Shown here: piece after piece, positions 49,000 through 61,317 of the stretch
Position numbering within the stretch: position 1 is the first letter of the stretch
Layout: each line of letters opens with the position of its first letter
DNA from: Chiloscyllium plagiosum
Lineage: Eukaryota
Length of the DNA: 64,000 bases
Reading direction: 5' to 3'
NCBI RefSeq assembly: GCF_004010195.1
Contig: NC_057733.1
Location: 25,341,058 to 25,405,057 of the forward strand
The notes under the pieces: model-generated
The model's database searches: none
Seen by the model: only the letters and a program-made list of their open reading frames with translations
Told to the model about the DNA's origin: nothing
Position numbers and translations under genes: made by a program

Positions 49000-50932
49000 C
49001 TCAGCTATTCTTTGAGGATGTAGGATGAATTCCTTAATGTCTTGTTCGCTTGCAGCTTTTAGGTCTAATAACTTTCTCAGCACTGTTTCTCTACAGAGTG
49101 TACTGTTTAAAATTCCACCCTCCTTTTTTACCTCTTGAGTTACAAGCAATTCTGGAATTTTATTTGTGTCTTCTGCATGAAGACAAAAAAATACTCAATA
49201 TTTTTGCCACTTCCTTATGTCTCATTACTAGTTTTCAAGATTCAGTAGATAACCTGTGCAAAATTTAGTTATTCTTTTTCTTTTTAAGTGCTTGCAGAAT
49301 TCTTACTACCTGCTTTTATATTTCAAGCTACCCTACTCTCATACTCTAATTTCTCCCTCGTTGTTACTTTTTCAGCTATTCTTGCTGGTCTTTTAAGTTC
49401 TGACCAATCTTCTGACCCATCACTGAGCTTGATAGAATTATATGCCTTTTCTTTCAGCTTGATACTATCTTTAACAACCTCAGTTAGACACAGATGATGC
49501 ATTTATCTTATTTTTTACTGGTATGCATCTTTACTGAATGTTTGCAATATCTCATTGGATATCTGATATTGCAACTTTGCTGACCTTCTCTTAACCTTTT
49601 TGACCAGCTCATTTTGGCCAACTTCACAATGAAAAAACCCTTGTAACTCAGACGAATGCATTGAACATATAGTAACTACATTTGCTGATGACACAAAGGT
49701 GAGTAAGTGAGTTGATCGGGCAAATGAGATTTAATGTGGGAAAGTCTGAAACTGTCCATTGGGCAGGAAGAATAGAAAAGAAACATCGCATTTAAATGAA
49801 TCTATGAGATGGGGAGCCCTCATGTACAAATCACAGAAAGTCAAGGAAAATTAATAGAACATTTGCGTCGGTGAAAGGGGAATTGAATGGAGCTTATGCT
49901 TCAGTTATGCAAGGCATTGGTGAGACCACAACTGCAGTACTGTGTACAGTGTTGGTCACCTCTTTAAAGGAAGGATGTTAATGTGTTGTAAGCAGTTCAG
50001 AGGGTTACTCAACTAAGACATAGAAAAGAGACGATTGCCTTATACAGGCTTGGCCTGTATTCTCTGGAGTTTAGAAGATTCAGAAGTGACTTAAATGAAG
50101 AATATAAGATCCTGAGGGGATTTGACTGGGTGGCTGTGGATAGGGATTTCCTCAAGTTGGAGAATCTAGTTTATGAGTCAAAGATAAAGAGTCACCCATT
50201 TTAGATAGATGAAGAAAGAAAAAATGCTCTCAAAAATCTGTGACTCTTTGAAATTTCCTTCCTCATATGGAATGGATACTGAACCTTTAAATATTTTGCA
50301 GGTGGAAGACCACAGACCACAGTAATATGTTATCAGGATTATGCAGGAGCATAGAGATTAAAATCAGATTAGCCATGGATGGCTGGAGGAGGTTTGTGCA
50401 GAATGTTGGTGAGGTCACTTTTGGAAGACTATGTACTGTCTTGGTTGCCCTGCTACAGGAAGGATATTATTAGATTGGGGGGGGGGTTCAGAAATGATTT
50501 ACCAGGATGTTGGAGGGTTTGAGTTATAAGAAGAGGCTGGATAGGCTGGGACCTTTTTTCACTGGAGCATAGGAGATTTAGGGGTGACCTTATCAAGGTT
50601 TATAAATCACAAGGGGCATAGATAAGATGAATAGCAATGGTCTTTTCCCTAGGTGTGGGAATTCAAAACTGTTAGAGGAGAAAGATTTAAAAGGGACCCG
50701 AGGGGCAACTTTTTTCACACAGAGTGTGGTTTGCCTGTGGAATGAACTGCCAGAGGAAGTGGTAGCTGCAGATATAGTTACGACATTTAAAAGATATTTG
50801 GAGAGATACATGAACAGGAAAGGTTTAGATGGGCTAAATACGGAAGGTGGGATTAGTTTAGTTTGGGAAACTTGGTTGACGTGGATGAGTTGGACCAAAG
50901 ATTCTGATCCTGTGCTGTATGACTCAGTCTCT
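49000..50932. mobile_element. Cluster of CR1 fragments (- 49000-49620; + 49680-50380; + 50380-50932)
   Basis: FADDTK, ALVRPQLQYCVQCWSP, FFTQSVVCLWNELPEEVV motifs. Confidence 0.8.
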
Positions 50933-52338
50933 ATAAGTGGTTTAATTTTGCTCCTTGCTTGTGCTTTTGTATGTAATTACCTTTACTTAACTTTAAAACA
51001 TTTTTAGTCTTAGATCCATGCTTCTCTTCCTTAAATGAAATGTGAAATTCAATCATGTTATGATGACTACAACATAGAGAGTCTTTACTATGAGTTCATT
51101 TACTAATCCAACCTCATTTTACTCGAACACATGAAGAAACTGTTCACCTGTTTGGTTTTAGAATGCACTACTCTGAAATATTGCCCTTAAAACACTCCAT
51201 GAACTCACAAAGCATTTATATCCTTAAAAAAAACTAAATGAAACTTGGATAATATCAGTGTACTTCTCAAACCCATATCTTTATGTTTTATTTAGTTACT
51301 TAAATGAGGTTATTGCTAAATACTTTAAGATGCAATGCTAATGATGTGATCATTATTTTCTGTTGGAAAGCAAGCTGTCATGAAAACATTTTTTTTCAAA
51401 GATTTGGCACATCTTGCTTGAGATATAGCTGCATGAGCAGGATTACATTAATCTACAGATTTCATGTCAACGATGATTTTGATGAGATGAAAATGACAAT
51501 TCATAAAAAAAACAGGGATTCTACGACTAAACCTGGAGGAAGTATTGCTCTTCTAAACCAACAAGAGCTGTAATGACACTTTTCTCAGGTGGTTATAAAT
51601 AGAATGCTCTGAAAATGAAGATGCACGCTTTCATTATTACATTTAGCAGATCAACCTACTTCCCATGAATGGCTAGCTTCAGTCTTATTACAGATTTTTT
51701 TTTACATTTTAACCCCTGGCTCTACTGAAACAATCTCATATTGGGAGTTAAAGTTAGTCCACAGAATCTACTTTCTACTAAATGGGAAAATATGAGCATA
51801 ACGTCCAATTTAGATATGAATGCACCTCAACAATTCTCATTAACAGTAACTTACATTTGACATGAGAAAATGTCAGAACTGTAATAAAGGAAAAATGCTC
51901 ACCGTATAATAGTAGAAGAGATAGGAGAGTGACAATGGTATAGTTGGAAGGGTCAGATTATGGCTGCTTCTACATTGTGTGTAAAGGAGCAAAGTGCAGT
52001 GGTTCAGGGAGGTAATCCCAGAAAGTAAAACTAAAAAGATGGAAAAGCTTGCTACTGAACATTGACAATGGCTGAGAGAAAAAGGCAAAAAAAAAGACAG
52101 AATTGTCAGTCTGAAGGGCACAGGATAAGTCAGGCAGAAATAATTTGAGATTTTACTTCATTATTTAAGTCTGTGCATCTTCGGAAACAGGTTATCCTTC
52201 TCATCTTCGACCAATTTGCCTTTTGAACTCCAATGCCCTGAACTTGGTCTTCTTTTATTTAAGTATTCACTTTTGTGAGAGATCTGCATAAGATATCTCT
52301 GCAGAGAACATAGTTTTACTGTGGTCTTGTGTCAAGAG

Positions 52339-52512
52339 TTAAAAATCACATAACACCATGTTATAGTCCAACAGGTTTACTTGGAAGCACTAGCTTCGAA
52401 AGGAGCAGCGCTCTGGAAGCTAGTGCTTCCAATAAACTTGTTGGACTATAACCTGGTGATGTGTGATTTTTAACTTTGTACAACCCAGTCCAACAGCATC
52501 ACCTCTAAATCA
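52339..52512 (+). mobile_element. Miniature fold-back PLE derivative (174 bp) with 11-bp TSD
   Basis: TSD TGTGTCAAGAG at 52328-52338 and 52513-52523; ~58-bp inverted arms plus ~38-nt unpaired tail, the same layout as 42919-44740. Confidence 0.88.
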
Positions 52513-54767
52513 TGTGTCAAGAGATCTTCTGTCAGCTCTGGAGGTGCACAGGCAAAACAAAATAGACAGAAGTGTTGTGTTGGATGTTGGTAATGATTGA
52601 CAATGGAGAGGTTAAGAAGGAAATGCGTCCATGATTGTAGTCACCAAGACTATTTGAGATGACTTTATCCAAGTTGAAAATGTTGAGAACTGACAAGAAT
52701 CTGGACAAATAAGCTTTCTTTTCTTTCACAGGTTGTTGATATTGCTGGCTAGGCTAGCATTTATTGCCCATCTCCAACATTTCCAACTAGGTGTGCTGAA
52801 AAGGGAGTTATGTGAGACATGAACATGGAACCATGCAATGATGACACATTTAATTCCTTGGGAAAGATTGTTGAAATGATAGTTGTTGAAATAGGACAAT
52901 GAGATTAAAGGTGAGTTCTTCAAGAGGAGGTAACAGAGTTGGTGATGTTATGAAGGAGAGATAGATGCTGCCAAAGCAAATTGAGCCATTAACACTGTCA
53001 GGTTCACTAGGACACAAACAATGTCAGGAAGTGGTTCGGGTAACTGGACATGACCTCATGAATTGATGAGTTTGGTTTGATAACAACAGAGAATTCATAT
53101 AATGATAGGATGTTAGAACTCATGCAAGGAAGTTGGATAAATATTCCAAGACAATCTTTCATCATTATGGTAGAGAATGTTCACAGGAATCTTGAGTTAT
53201 TAGTAGGACTTGTTTGAATGTTTAGAAAGTGTAGACTGTTAGGTGTGTGGGTCACCAATAGGTTTCACAAGGGAATTGGACTCATAGTTTCACGGCCTTT
53301 ATTTTAAAGGCACCCAAAGCAGAAACGTTTGTGATATAAATACACATATTCCATTTTTGAAAATTGTCCTTTCAGCTGCTGTGCCCTAAAGACTGTAGGC
53401 GTCTGAAATTACGGTTGTTGCAATATATTGTTTCACAGAACTTGCTATATCAGATAGCAAAAATAGAACTTTCCTCACAGTGTCATTATTTGTTATCCTA
53501 ATTCCAGTAAGCATCACACTGAGCAGTCATTTATTCCATCTCAGAGATAACAATGCTGTTATGAATATTTACTGTTAAGTTGTACACTTACGCTGTTAGG
53601 AAATTTGGGGTCTATTAGGTCAATTTTTGATGCTAATCACTGTTTTTGCTTTTGGATGTTTGATTTCTACTTGCCAAAGACCTTTGTACCGTCTCAATAT
53701 GTATTGTGGTTTGTCTGTTCATTCCTTAGTTTTGAGCAAACCATTTTGGCTCAGGCTTGGAGAGTTGAAGGGCTTGTTCCTAGGCTGTTCTTTGTATTTT
53801 TATAAAATGTGTAGTTATTTCCAGACTCATTTTCAATGCCACTAAGTTTAACCTGTAATATCAATAGCACTAAAGAAAAGTAACCTTTTGTCTTAAAATA
53901 TATAAATCAATACATTTGTAATAGAATTCAATTATGATTTTGATTTGATACATGATAAACTCACTCAGCAAATCACTACCGGAAATAATGAACCTGTTGA
54001 CTGCTCAGTAAAGGGTTGATTCACTCCATATTGGTTAGTCAGTTTTATTTATGAGGCTGCTGTCTAACTCCAGAATATTTTTCTTCTATGCTTTTCATTC
54101 TTACTTTTTGCAACCATAATTTTGCTGGGCTGCTTTGATCTGCCTTTGAAATGTTGCTGCCATGGTTAATGTCCCCTCTAAACTGGGCAGCCAAGTAACA
54201 AGCCAAAAGTCTGCACAATAACTGCGTACGAGTCAACTCCTTCATGCTATCACAGAGCAAAAGAAATTAAAGGACACTGTTGCATTTTGTCATAGATTCC
54301 AGAGCAGATAGGACTTTAAGACAATTACATGACACCATAACAAATCACATTTTGGTTATTCTGTTTGTGCAATAGATTCAGTGTGGTGTGTCCAATCAGT
54401 CAGCTATGTCTATGTAACGTACAGTAATATCAGCAAGCACAGAGCTCAGTCAGAGAATTTATGTCATGTGGAGTTAACATTTTTAATAAACTTCTGCCTC
54501 AACGAAAACCTGACTCTCTGTCATATGTTATGTAGATTGACATTTAGAAACCACAACGCACGTCAGGCGCATGAAATGAATCAGCCACATTCGACAAAAA
54601 CAAAAGGTACATTGTTCATGGATGGTCTGGTAGATCCACATTGAGGTTAGAACTTGGGGCAATGCATTGATATTAGTAGACAACAGCAAACAGATGAAGT
54701 GGAGTACTGTGTGCAAGGCAATATGCAGACGGCTAAATCTTTTGTTTTCTTTGGCTAAGCGTTAGTT

Positions 54768-55540
54768 GTAAAAACAATGACTGCAGATGCTGGAAACCAG
54801 ATTCTGGATTAGTGGTGCTGGAAGAGCACAGCAGTTCAGGCAGCATCCAAGGAGCAGCGAAATCGACGTTTCGGGCAAAAGCCCTTCATCAAGAATAAAG
54901 GCAGAGAGCCTGAAGGGTGGAGAGATAAGCTAGAGGNNNNNNNNNNNNNNNNNNNNNNNNNNNNNNNNNNNNNNNNNNNNNNNNNNNNNNNNNNNNNNNN
55001 NNNNNNNNNNNNNNNNNNNNNNNNNNNNNNNNNNNNNNNNNNNNNNNNNNNNNNNNNNNNNNNNNNNNNNNNNNNNNNNNNNNNNNNNNNNNNNNNNNNN
55101 NNNNNNNNNNNNNNNNNNNNNNNNNNNNNNNNNNNNNNNNNNNNNNNNNNNNNNNNNNNNNNNNNNNNNNNNNNNNNNNNNNNNNNNNNNNNNNNNNNNN
55201 NNNNNNNNNNNNNNNNNNNNNNNNNNNNNNNNNNNNNNNNNNNNNNNNNNNNNNNNNNNNNNNNNNNNNNNNNNNNNNNNNNNNNNNNNNNNNNNNNNNN
55301 NNNNNNNNNNNNNNNNNNNNNNNNNNNNNNGGGAGGGAAATATATCCCTGGTGGTGGGGTCTTTTTGGAGGTGGCGGAAATGTCGGTGGATGATTTGGTT
55401 TATGGGAAGGTTGGTAGGGTGGAAATTGAGCACCAGGGGCGTTCTGTCCTTGTTACGGTTGGAGGGATGGGGTCTGAGGGCGGAGGTGCGGGATGTGGAC
55501 AAGATGCGTTGGAGGGTATCTTTAACGTGGGAAGGGAAAT
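54768..55540 (-). mobile_element. Second PLE family fragment (RT-endonuclease linker and 3' tail with hammerhead core), spanning a gap
   Basis: RTSALRPHPSNRNKDRTPLVLNFHPTNLPINQIIHRHFRHLQKDPTTRDIFPS; tail TTGATGA-A-GGGC-TTTT-GCCC-GAAACGTC at 54865-54892; partial tail copy at 39260-39340. Confidence 0.8.
54937..55330. other. Assembly gap (394 N)
   Basis: Run of n. Confidence 1.
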
Positions 55541-56226
55541 TGCATTGGAGGGTTTGTACCATGAGGTATAATGAGATCTCTTGCTACATTTTCCCGATCT
55601 TGCCTCATTAAGTATTGATCCCTCCCCTATGGCACATGTCGTCTGATTCCATGACCATCTAACCAGCCATACTGACCCGCTCAGACAGGTGATTGACCAT
55701 TGTCAAATCTCTGGATTGTGTGCAGGCTGTGGCCATGAGTGGTGATGCTGGGACCCGAGACTGACAGCAGCACCTCTTGACTGGACTGAGAATTACCTTC
55801 ATTTTCCAACTTGGCCATTTGGTTGAATATGTATGGGGTGGGGGGGGGAAGGGGTGTGGGTGGGGGTAGCTGGTGGTGTCTGCCACACAGGCAGCTGGTA
55901 TATACTATTGTAGTCAGATTGTCTCATACGCTTTATAGAAAGTTGTGCTCTCCACCCATACCGTGGATAGATCCCTAATGACAAGCAGCCTGTCATTGTG
56001 TCTATATTGAAGAAAGATGTCAATATGGCAGTTGGCAATTAGACAACATATTGACAAGCACAACTGGGGCAAGATGAGAATGGCAAGGTATGGATGCTGT
56101 GAGCTTTAAGGTAAACACTAACTGAGTAAGTACAAAGAGAGCATGTCAGTAGCACTCAGATGCAGCCTGATCCAATCTGTGTCCTTTCAGCAGGCTTTCA
56201 ATACCAGTTTCTTGGCCACCTTACAA

Positions 56227-56706
56227 CGATGTGGTTCTGTTCGCCGAGCTGGGAATTTGTGTTGCAGACGTTTCGTCCCCTGTCTAGGTGATATCCTCAG
56301 TGCTTGGGAGCCTCCTGTGAAGCGCTTCTGTGTTGTTTCCTACGGCATTTGTAGTGGTTTGAATCTGCCGCTTCCGGTTGTCAGTTCCAGCAGTCCATTG
56401 CAGTGGCGTGCAGTCCTTGCATGGGATTTTGTACACTACATTGGTTTTGCTCATGCTGGGTATCGGGTCCTTCGTTCTGGTGAGTTGTTGTCTGAGAGTG
56501 GCTGTTGGTTTGTGTGCTGTTATGAGTCCCAGTGGTCGCAGTAGTCTGGCTGTCAGTTCGGAAATGCTCTTGATGTATTGTCGTGTGGCTAGTCCTTTGG
56601 GTTGTGGCATGTCTTCGTTCCGTTGTCTTTCCCTTAGGCATTCCGAACTGACAGCCAGACTACAAAGCACGAGCACCCGAGCTAAAAATCTTTTCACAAA
56701 CTTTGA
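56227..56706 (-). mobile_element. Third PLE family (Poseidon-like) rearranged fragment with 9-bp TSD and hammerhead core
   Basis: TSD ACCTTACAA at 56218-56226 and 56707-56715; YIKSISELTARLLRPLGLITAHKPTATLRQQLTRTKDP..NVVYKIPCKDC; GCA-CTGAGGA..GAAACGTC-TGC at 56264-56303. Confidence 0.85.
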
Positions 56707-58944
56707 ACCTTACAATGAAGCAAGTGGATTGCTGAGATGCCATGAGGGTTCTGAGGGGTTTGCAAGTATTGGATTCCAATGTTCATGAATAACGGGTGTG
56801 TTTAGCTGTTGTCTGTAGATCATGCTCTGAGATGCTACTTTATGACGATGAGAATGGAGACAGTTCGCAGCCAGCAGTGAGCTGAAGTCAGCAACTTCCA
56901 GCTCAAGAATTCTTGATGTCTAGTTTGTTTGGCACTTTTGGTAACATAGGAGACAGCTTAGTAATGCAGTGTGTTAATAAAGTGTTTCAGAAGCAAGAAA
57001 ACCACTTACTAAGCACCTCACTAATTCCCAGGGAGAACTTACCTCAACGTCTGACTGCATCGTGGATAAAACGAGTTGCTTCTGACTTTGGGACAGGCCA
57101 CGTTGGATTTGTCGTGTGCTTCTGCCACAAATTCTGCTATAGTTCATGTCGCTCAGGCTTCAATAAGGTTCCCTCCAGAGTCTTCAGAGAACTTCCCCTC
57201 CATGCGAATTTCACTGAGGGGCATTCCATTTATAGCAAGCCAATGCAAGACGTGAGATACCATGTCGATAGTATTGACAGTACTGTACATTCAAGATCAT
57301 ATTGGATGTTAATTTATCAAATAGACTCATGTGGTTGCAGTATAATGGTGTCAGTTACTTCTGTAGTTTACTGTACACCACTGCACCTTGGAAATCACAA
57401 TAGGTTTATCTGTGGAGGTGCACTATAATCACTTTATCAAGGAACAGAATGATCTAAGATCATGTAGCGATAGACTTCACCTCTCCAGTTCCATAAACTG
57501 TACACTTACCTGTTCACCATCACCAGCCTGGACTTCTCCTGAAAAGAAAGGAATTCTACTCTATTTAATGTCCAAATTATTTTTATCTTAGATTGGCACA
57601 TCTATCCAGCTTTGTATCCAGTTTCACAGTTGGAGTCATGGTTAATTCTTCATGACTAATCCTCTATGCTTCTTTTATTCAAATCAGGCTGTCAGGGCAC
57701 ATGCTGATTATTAGACAAGAAGGTTAATTCTCTTGAACTTGCCTCATGGCTCATGTCTGAATCAAGTCACTTTCCTCACATGGACTTCAGAGACCAGACT
57801 AACAATGGACTGAAACAAGATTTTTACTGTCTTGGAAAACCAAGTGGAGCTTTTCTGGAAAACACTGACAATGTATACACACTCACATTCATGAGCTGCA
57901 TTCCTTAGCACTATTGTGTTAGCAGGAAACCGAGAGATGTGAGAATGCACAGTAACAACAGCACAGAGAGGAGGAAGTGCATGACCATCAAATTGGCAAT
58001 CATCCAGGAGTGTTTCAGAAGTACCATTAGCCCTGTCTCCAAGCACTAACAGGTCTGTTACTTTTATCTCCACTGTTTTATCAGGCTCCTTTCTCCTGCT
58101 GAAGCAGGACCTATTAACCTGTATGCCTTCTCTTGCTTTTCCCCCCATTTTATCCCTTTGTAAATACTCATCCTAAGTGGTGTAGTCAAGCCCCAGTGAC
58201 CACTTTCCACAAACAAACATGCAGAAAATTAGAGTAGATTTGGCTATGCGTCTAACTCATGATAATTTACCAGCAATAACACTTTTAATAAAAGTGAAGT
58301 ATTATGGATGCTGGAAATCTAAATAAAAACAGAAAGTGCAGGAGAAATTAAGCAGTTCTTGGAGCATTGGTGGAGAAAGAAACAAAACTAATAGTTTGGT
58401 CCAGTTTGAGTCTTAATTCACATGATCTTTGTAGAGAACACACCCTTCTCCTTGCACATGGCTTTATAGGCACAATCAGATTTCCATTATTGCTGTATTA
58501 ATTAATTTTCAAAGCAGTAGCATTTTAAGTTTCAACTTCTTAATTGCTTCCAAAATATCATTTGGACAGGTGTCAGGAGATACTTCTCTGACCAATTCAA
58601 CAATGAACTTTATACCTCAGGATTTAAATTTTAAAAAGTGCAATGTTCAGAAAATGGTTATTCATTTTTATAAGGGGAAGCAAAAACAAAATGCAACTTT
58701 TACCATTTCAATTTCCACAAAATTTGCATGAGCTCTTTATCGGCGACGAGTTAGTCATCAAAGGGCTGCATCATTTAATGTGAACAAATGAAAAGAATAG
58801 CAACTGCCTTGGAGAAAAAAAGTACAAATCAGGATATTTAAATTGGCATAAGTGCAAAAACATGTGATTTAACACTTAAAGATATTATTTCATACTGCAA
58901 GAGAAACAATCAACTTTTTACTTCACAACAGAAGCCCACCCTTT

Positions 58945-59235
58945 ACAGCATGGTGGCTCAGTGGTTAGCACTGCTGCCTCACAGCACCAGGGTTCCAGGT
59001 TTGATTCCAGCCTCAGGCGACTGTCTTTGTGGATTTTGCATATTCTCCTTGTATCTGTGTGGGTTTCCTCCCACAGTCCAAAGATGTTCAGTTCAGGTGA
59101 ACTGGCCATGCTAAATTGCCCATAGTGTTAAATGCATTAGTCAGAGGGAGATGGGTTGGGGTTGGTTACTCTTTGGAGGGTCGGTGTGGACTGGTTGGGC
59201 CAAAGGGCCTGTTTCCACACTGTAGGGAATCTAAT
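58945..59235 (+). mobile_element. HE1-type SINE
   Basis: Same structure as the other copies. Confidence 0.85.
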
Positions 59236-60091
59236 TCTGCCTTTACTGTGGTTTATGCAATCTCTGCCTATTGTTATAATCTCTCCTTGGTTGAGGTTCC
59301 ACAATTTTTTATTGATCCAGATAGAACATACCAAATTGTCAAGCTCCTGGGAGAGGCAGGTTAAACTGGCTTCTCATATTTATTTGGCCATCCCCTTGTT
59401 TGGTCATTTCCTTGTGAATACCTTTCTCACAGACCAAATTAATGTGTACTTTAGAATGAACCAGTTTAAGCAGGATTTCTTGAGTAACATGAGAAGAAGT
59501 ATTAACACAACACACATGCACACAAATTAGAAATAATAAGAAAACCTAAATATATAAAAATTTGTAAAAGTTAAAAGATATACTTAGGGTTCACAAGAAG
59601 ATTAGATAGTGAAATGTTACTTGCTGCAAGGTTAACTTTGAGGTTCTTGGCTTTGCAGGTTAGCTGAATGTCTTCAATCCTGTTTTATTTTGAACTGGAT
59701 TGGGAACTGGTTTCCAGCACTCAGAGAGAGGCTGCTTCTTTTATTCTGTCTTATCTTGACTGGCTCCTAGCATGCAGAGCAAGAGAAGTTTTTACTTACA
59801 ACATGGCACTGACTCATTGTTGTTCCATTGTGACTTTTACACCACACTCGCACTCAAAGCCAGGCAGGTATACACAAGTTCCCCGGTCCACTGACACACT
59901 CATGCATCCTCAGCCCACTTGTACACTTGAGCACTTCAGCCAACTGATGCATGCACTGTAGGGTTGTAATTGGTTTATAACACAATTCTTGTGGTTTCTT
60001 GAAAGGGGAGAACACAAATATTTAGCTTGCCCAAACTGCTGTCATTATTTCTAAAATAGTCACACCCTGAGATACTTACAGGAGATATTAA

Positions 60092-60750
60092 ATTAGATTA
60101 CTTACAGTGTGGAAACAGGCCCTTCAGCCCAACAAGTCCACACCGACCCGCCGAAACGTAACCCACCCATACCCCTACATTTACCCCTTACCTAACACTA
60201 CGGGCAATTTAGCATGGCCAATTCACCTGACCTGCACATCTTTGGACTGTGAGAGGAAACCGGAGCACCCAGAGGAAACCCACGCAGACACGGGGAGAAC
60301 GTGCAAACTCCATACAGTCAGTCGCCTGAGGCGGGAATTGAACCCGGGTCTCTGGCGCTGTGAGGCAGCAGTGCTAACCACTGTGCCACCATGCCGCCCA
60401 CAATGCCTACAATGTAGAATGTAGAGTGTGGAAGCAGGCCATTTGCCCCACAAGTCGACACCAACCCTCTGAAGAGCATCCCATACAGACCCACCCCATT
60501 TCCATAACCCTGCATTTCCCATTGCTAATCCACTAGCCTGCAACTCCCTGGACACTATGGGCAATTTAGCATGGCCAATTCACCTAACCTGCACATCTTT
60601 GAATTGTGAGAGGAAACTGGAGCATTCAGAGAAACCCACACTGACATGGGAAAATGTGCATACTGCACACAGACAGTTGCCCAAGGGTGGAGTTGAACCC
60701 AGGTCCCTGGCACTATGAGGCAGCAGTATTAACCACTGAGCCACTGTGTT
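60092..60750 (-). mobile_element. Two tandem HE1-type SINEs (60092-60400, CpG-rich and young; 60415-60750, older)
   Basis: Two complete minus-strand head/central/tail units. Confidence 0.85.
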
Positions 60751-61317
60751 GAAATCCAGATCAGTGCATTTCTCCCTTTGAAGCTTTCCTGATACTTTCA
60801 TAATAGGGTTCCTCCACAGACTACCACTGAGGTGTTGAAGTATTTTTTCCACAAATCTGGTGACACAAGTTTCGGTATAACGGTAGAGGTTTTATTATCG
60901 GACAGCCGGCGAGAAATTCTCAGTGACACCAAAGGATTCATGTAGCCTACTCGTGGTAGCACTTCTCAATGAATCTCTGCCTTACACACGAAGGCAGGAT
61001 ATTTTGTAGAAGTAATACAGGGGTCGACAAGTCACACGGTTGATTGTTGTTACATTGTTTAAGACAGGTAATTACAATTTTACAATGCCCGGTGATTGCT
61101 GATTTCCTGTGATACCTAGCAAATGGTTTACAGGGACTGGTTATCGTATTCTTCATAACCATATGTTGATGGATAGAGATTTAGATAGAAAGACTTTGCT
61201 TTGTTCTCTAGGTTGGATTAACTTGCCTACATTAATAGGAAGAGGAAGCATGACAATGGATACGCAAGGCAGTTAATAAGGTTATGGCAAAGGCTATAAG
61301 TCTTGTCCAGGGAGGAC
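60595..61317 (+). repeat. Direct duplication, copy 1
   Basis: Matches 63278-64000 at offset 2683; I found 4 substitutions in 723 bp by eye. Confidence 0.95.

Noticed and set aside
56913-58148. 171-aa (+) and 128-aa (-) ORFs as genes or Gypsy remnants
   Set aside because: No recognisable domain motifs or consistent splice/phase structure.
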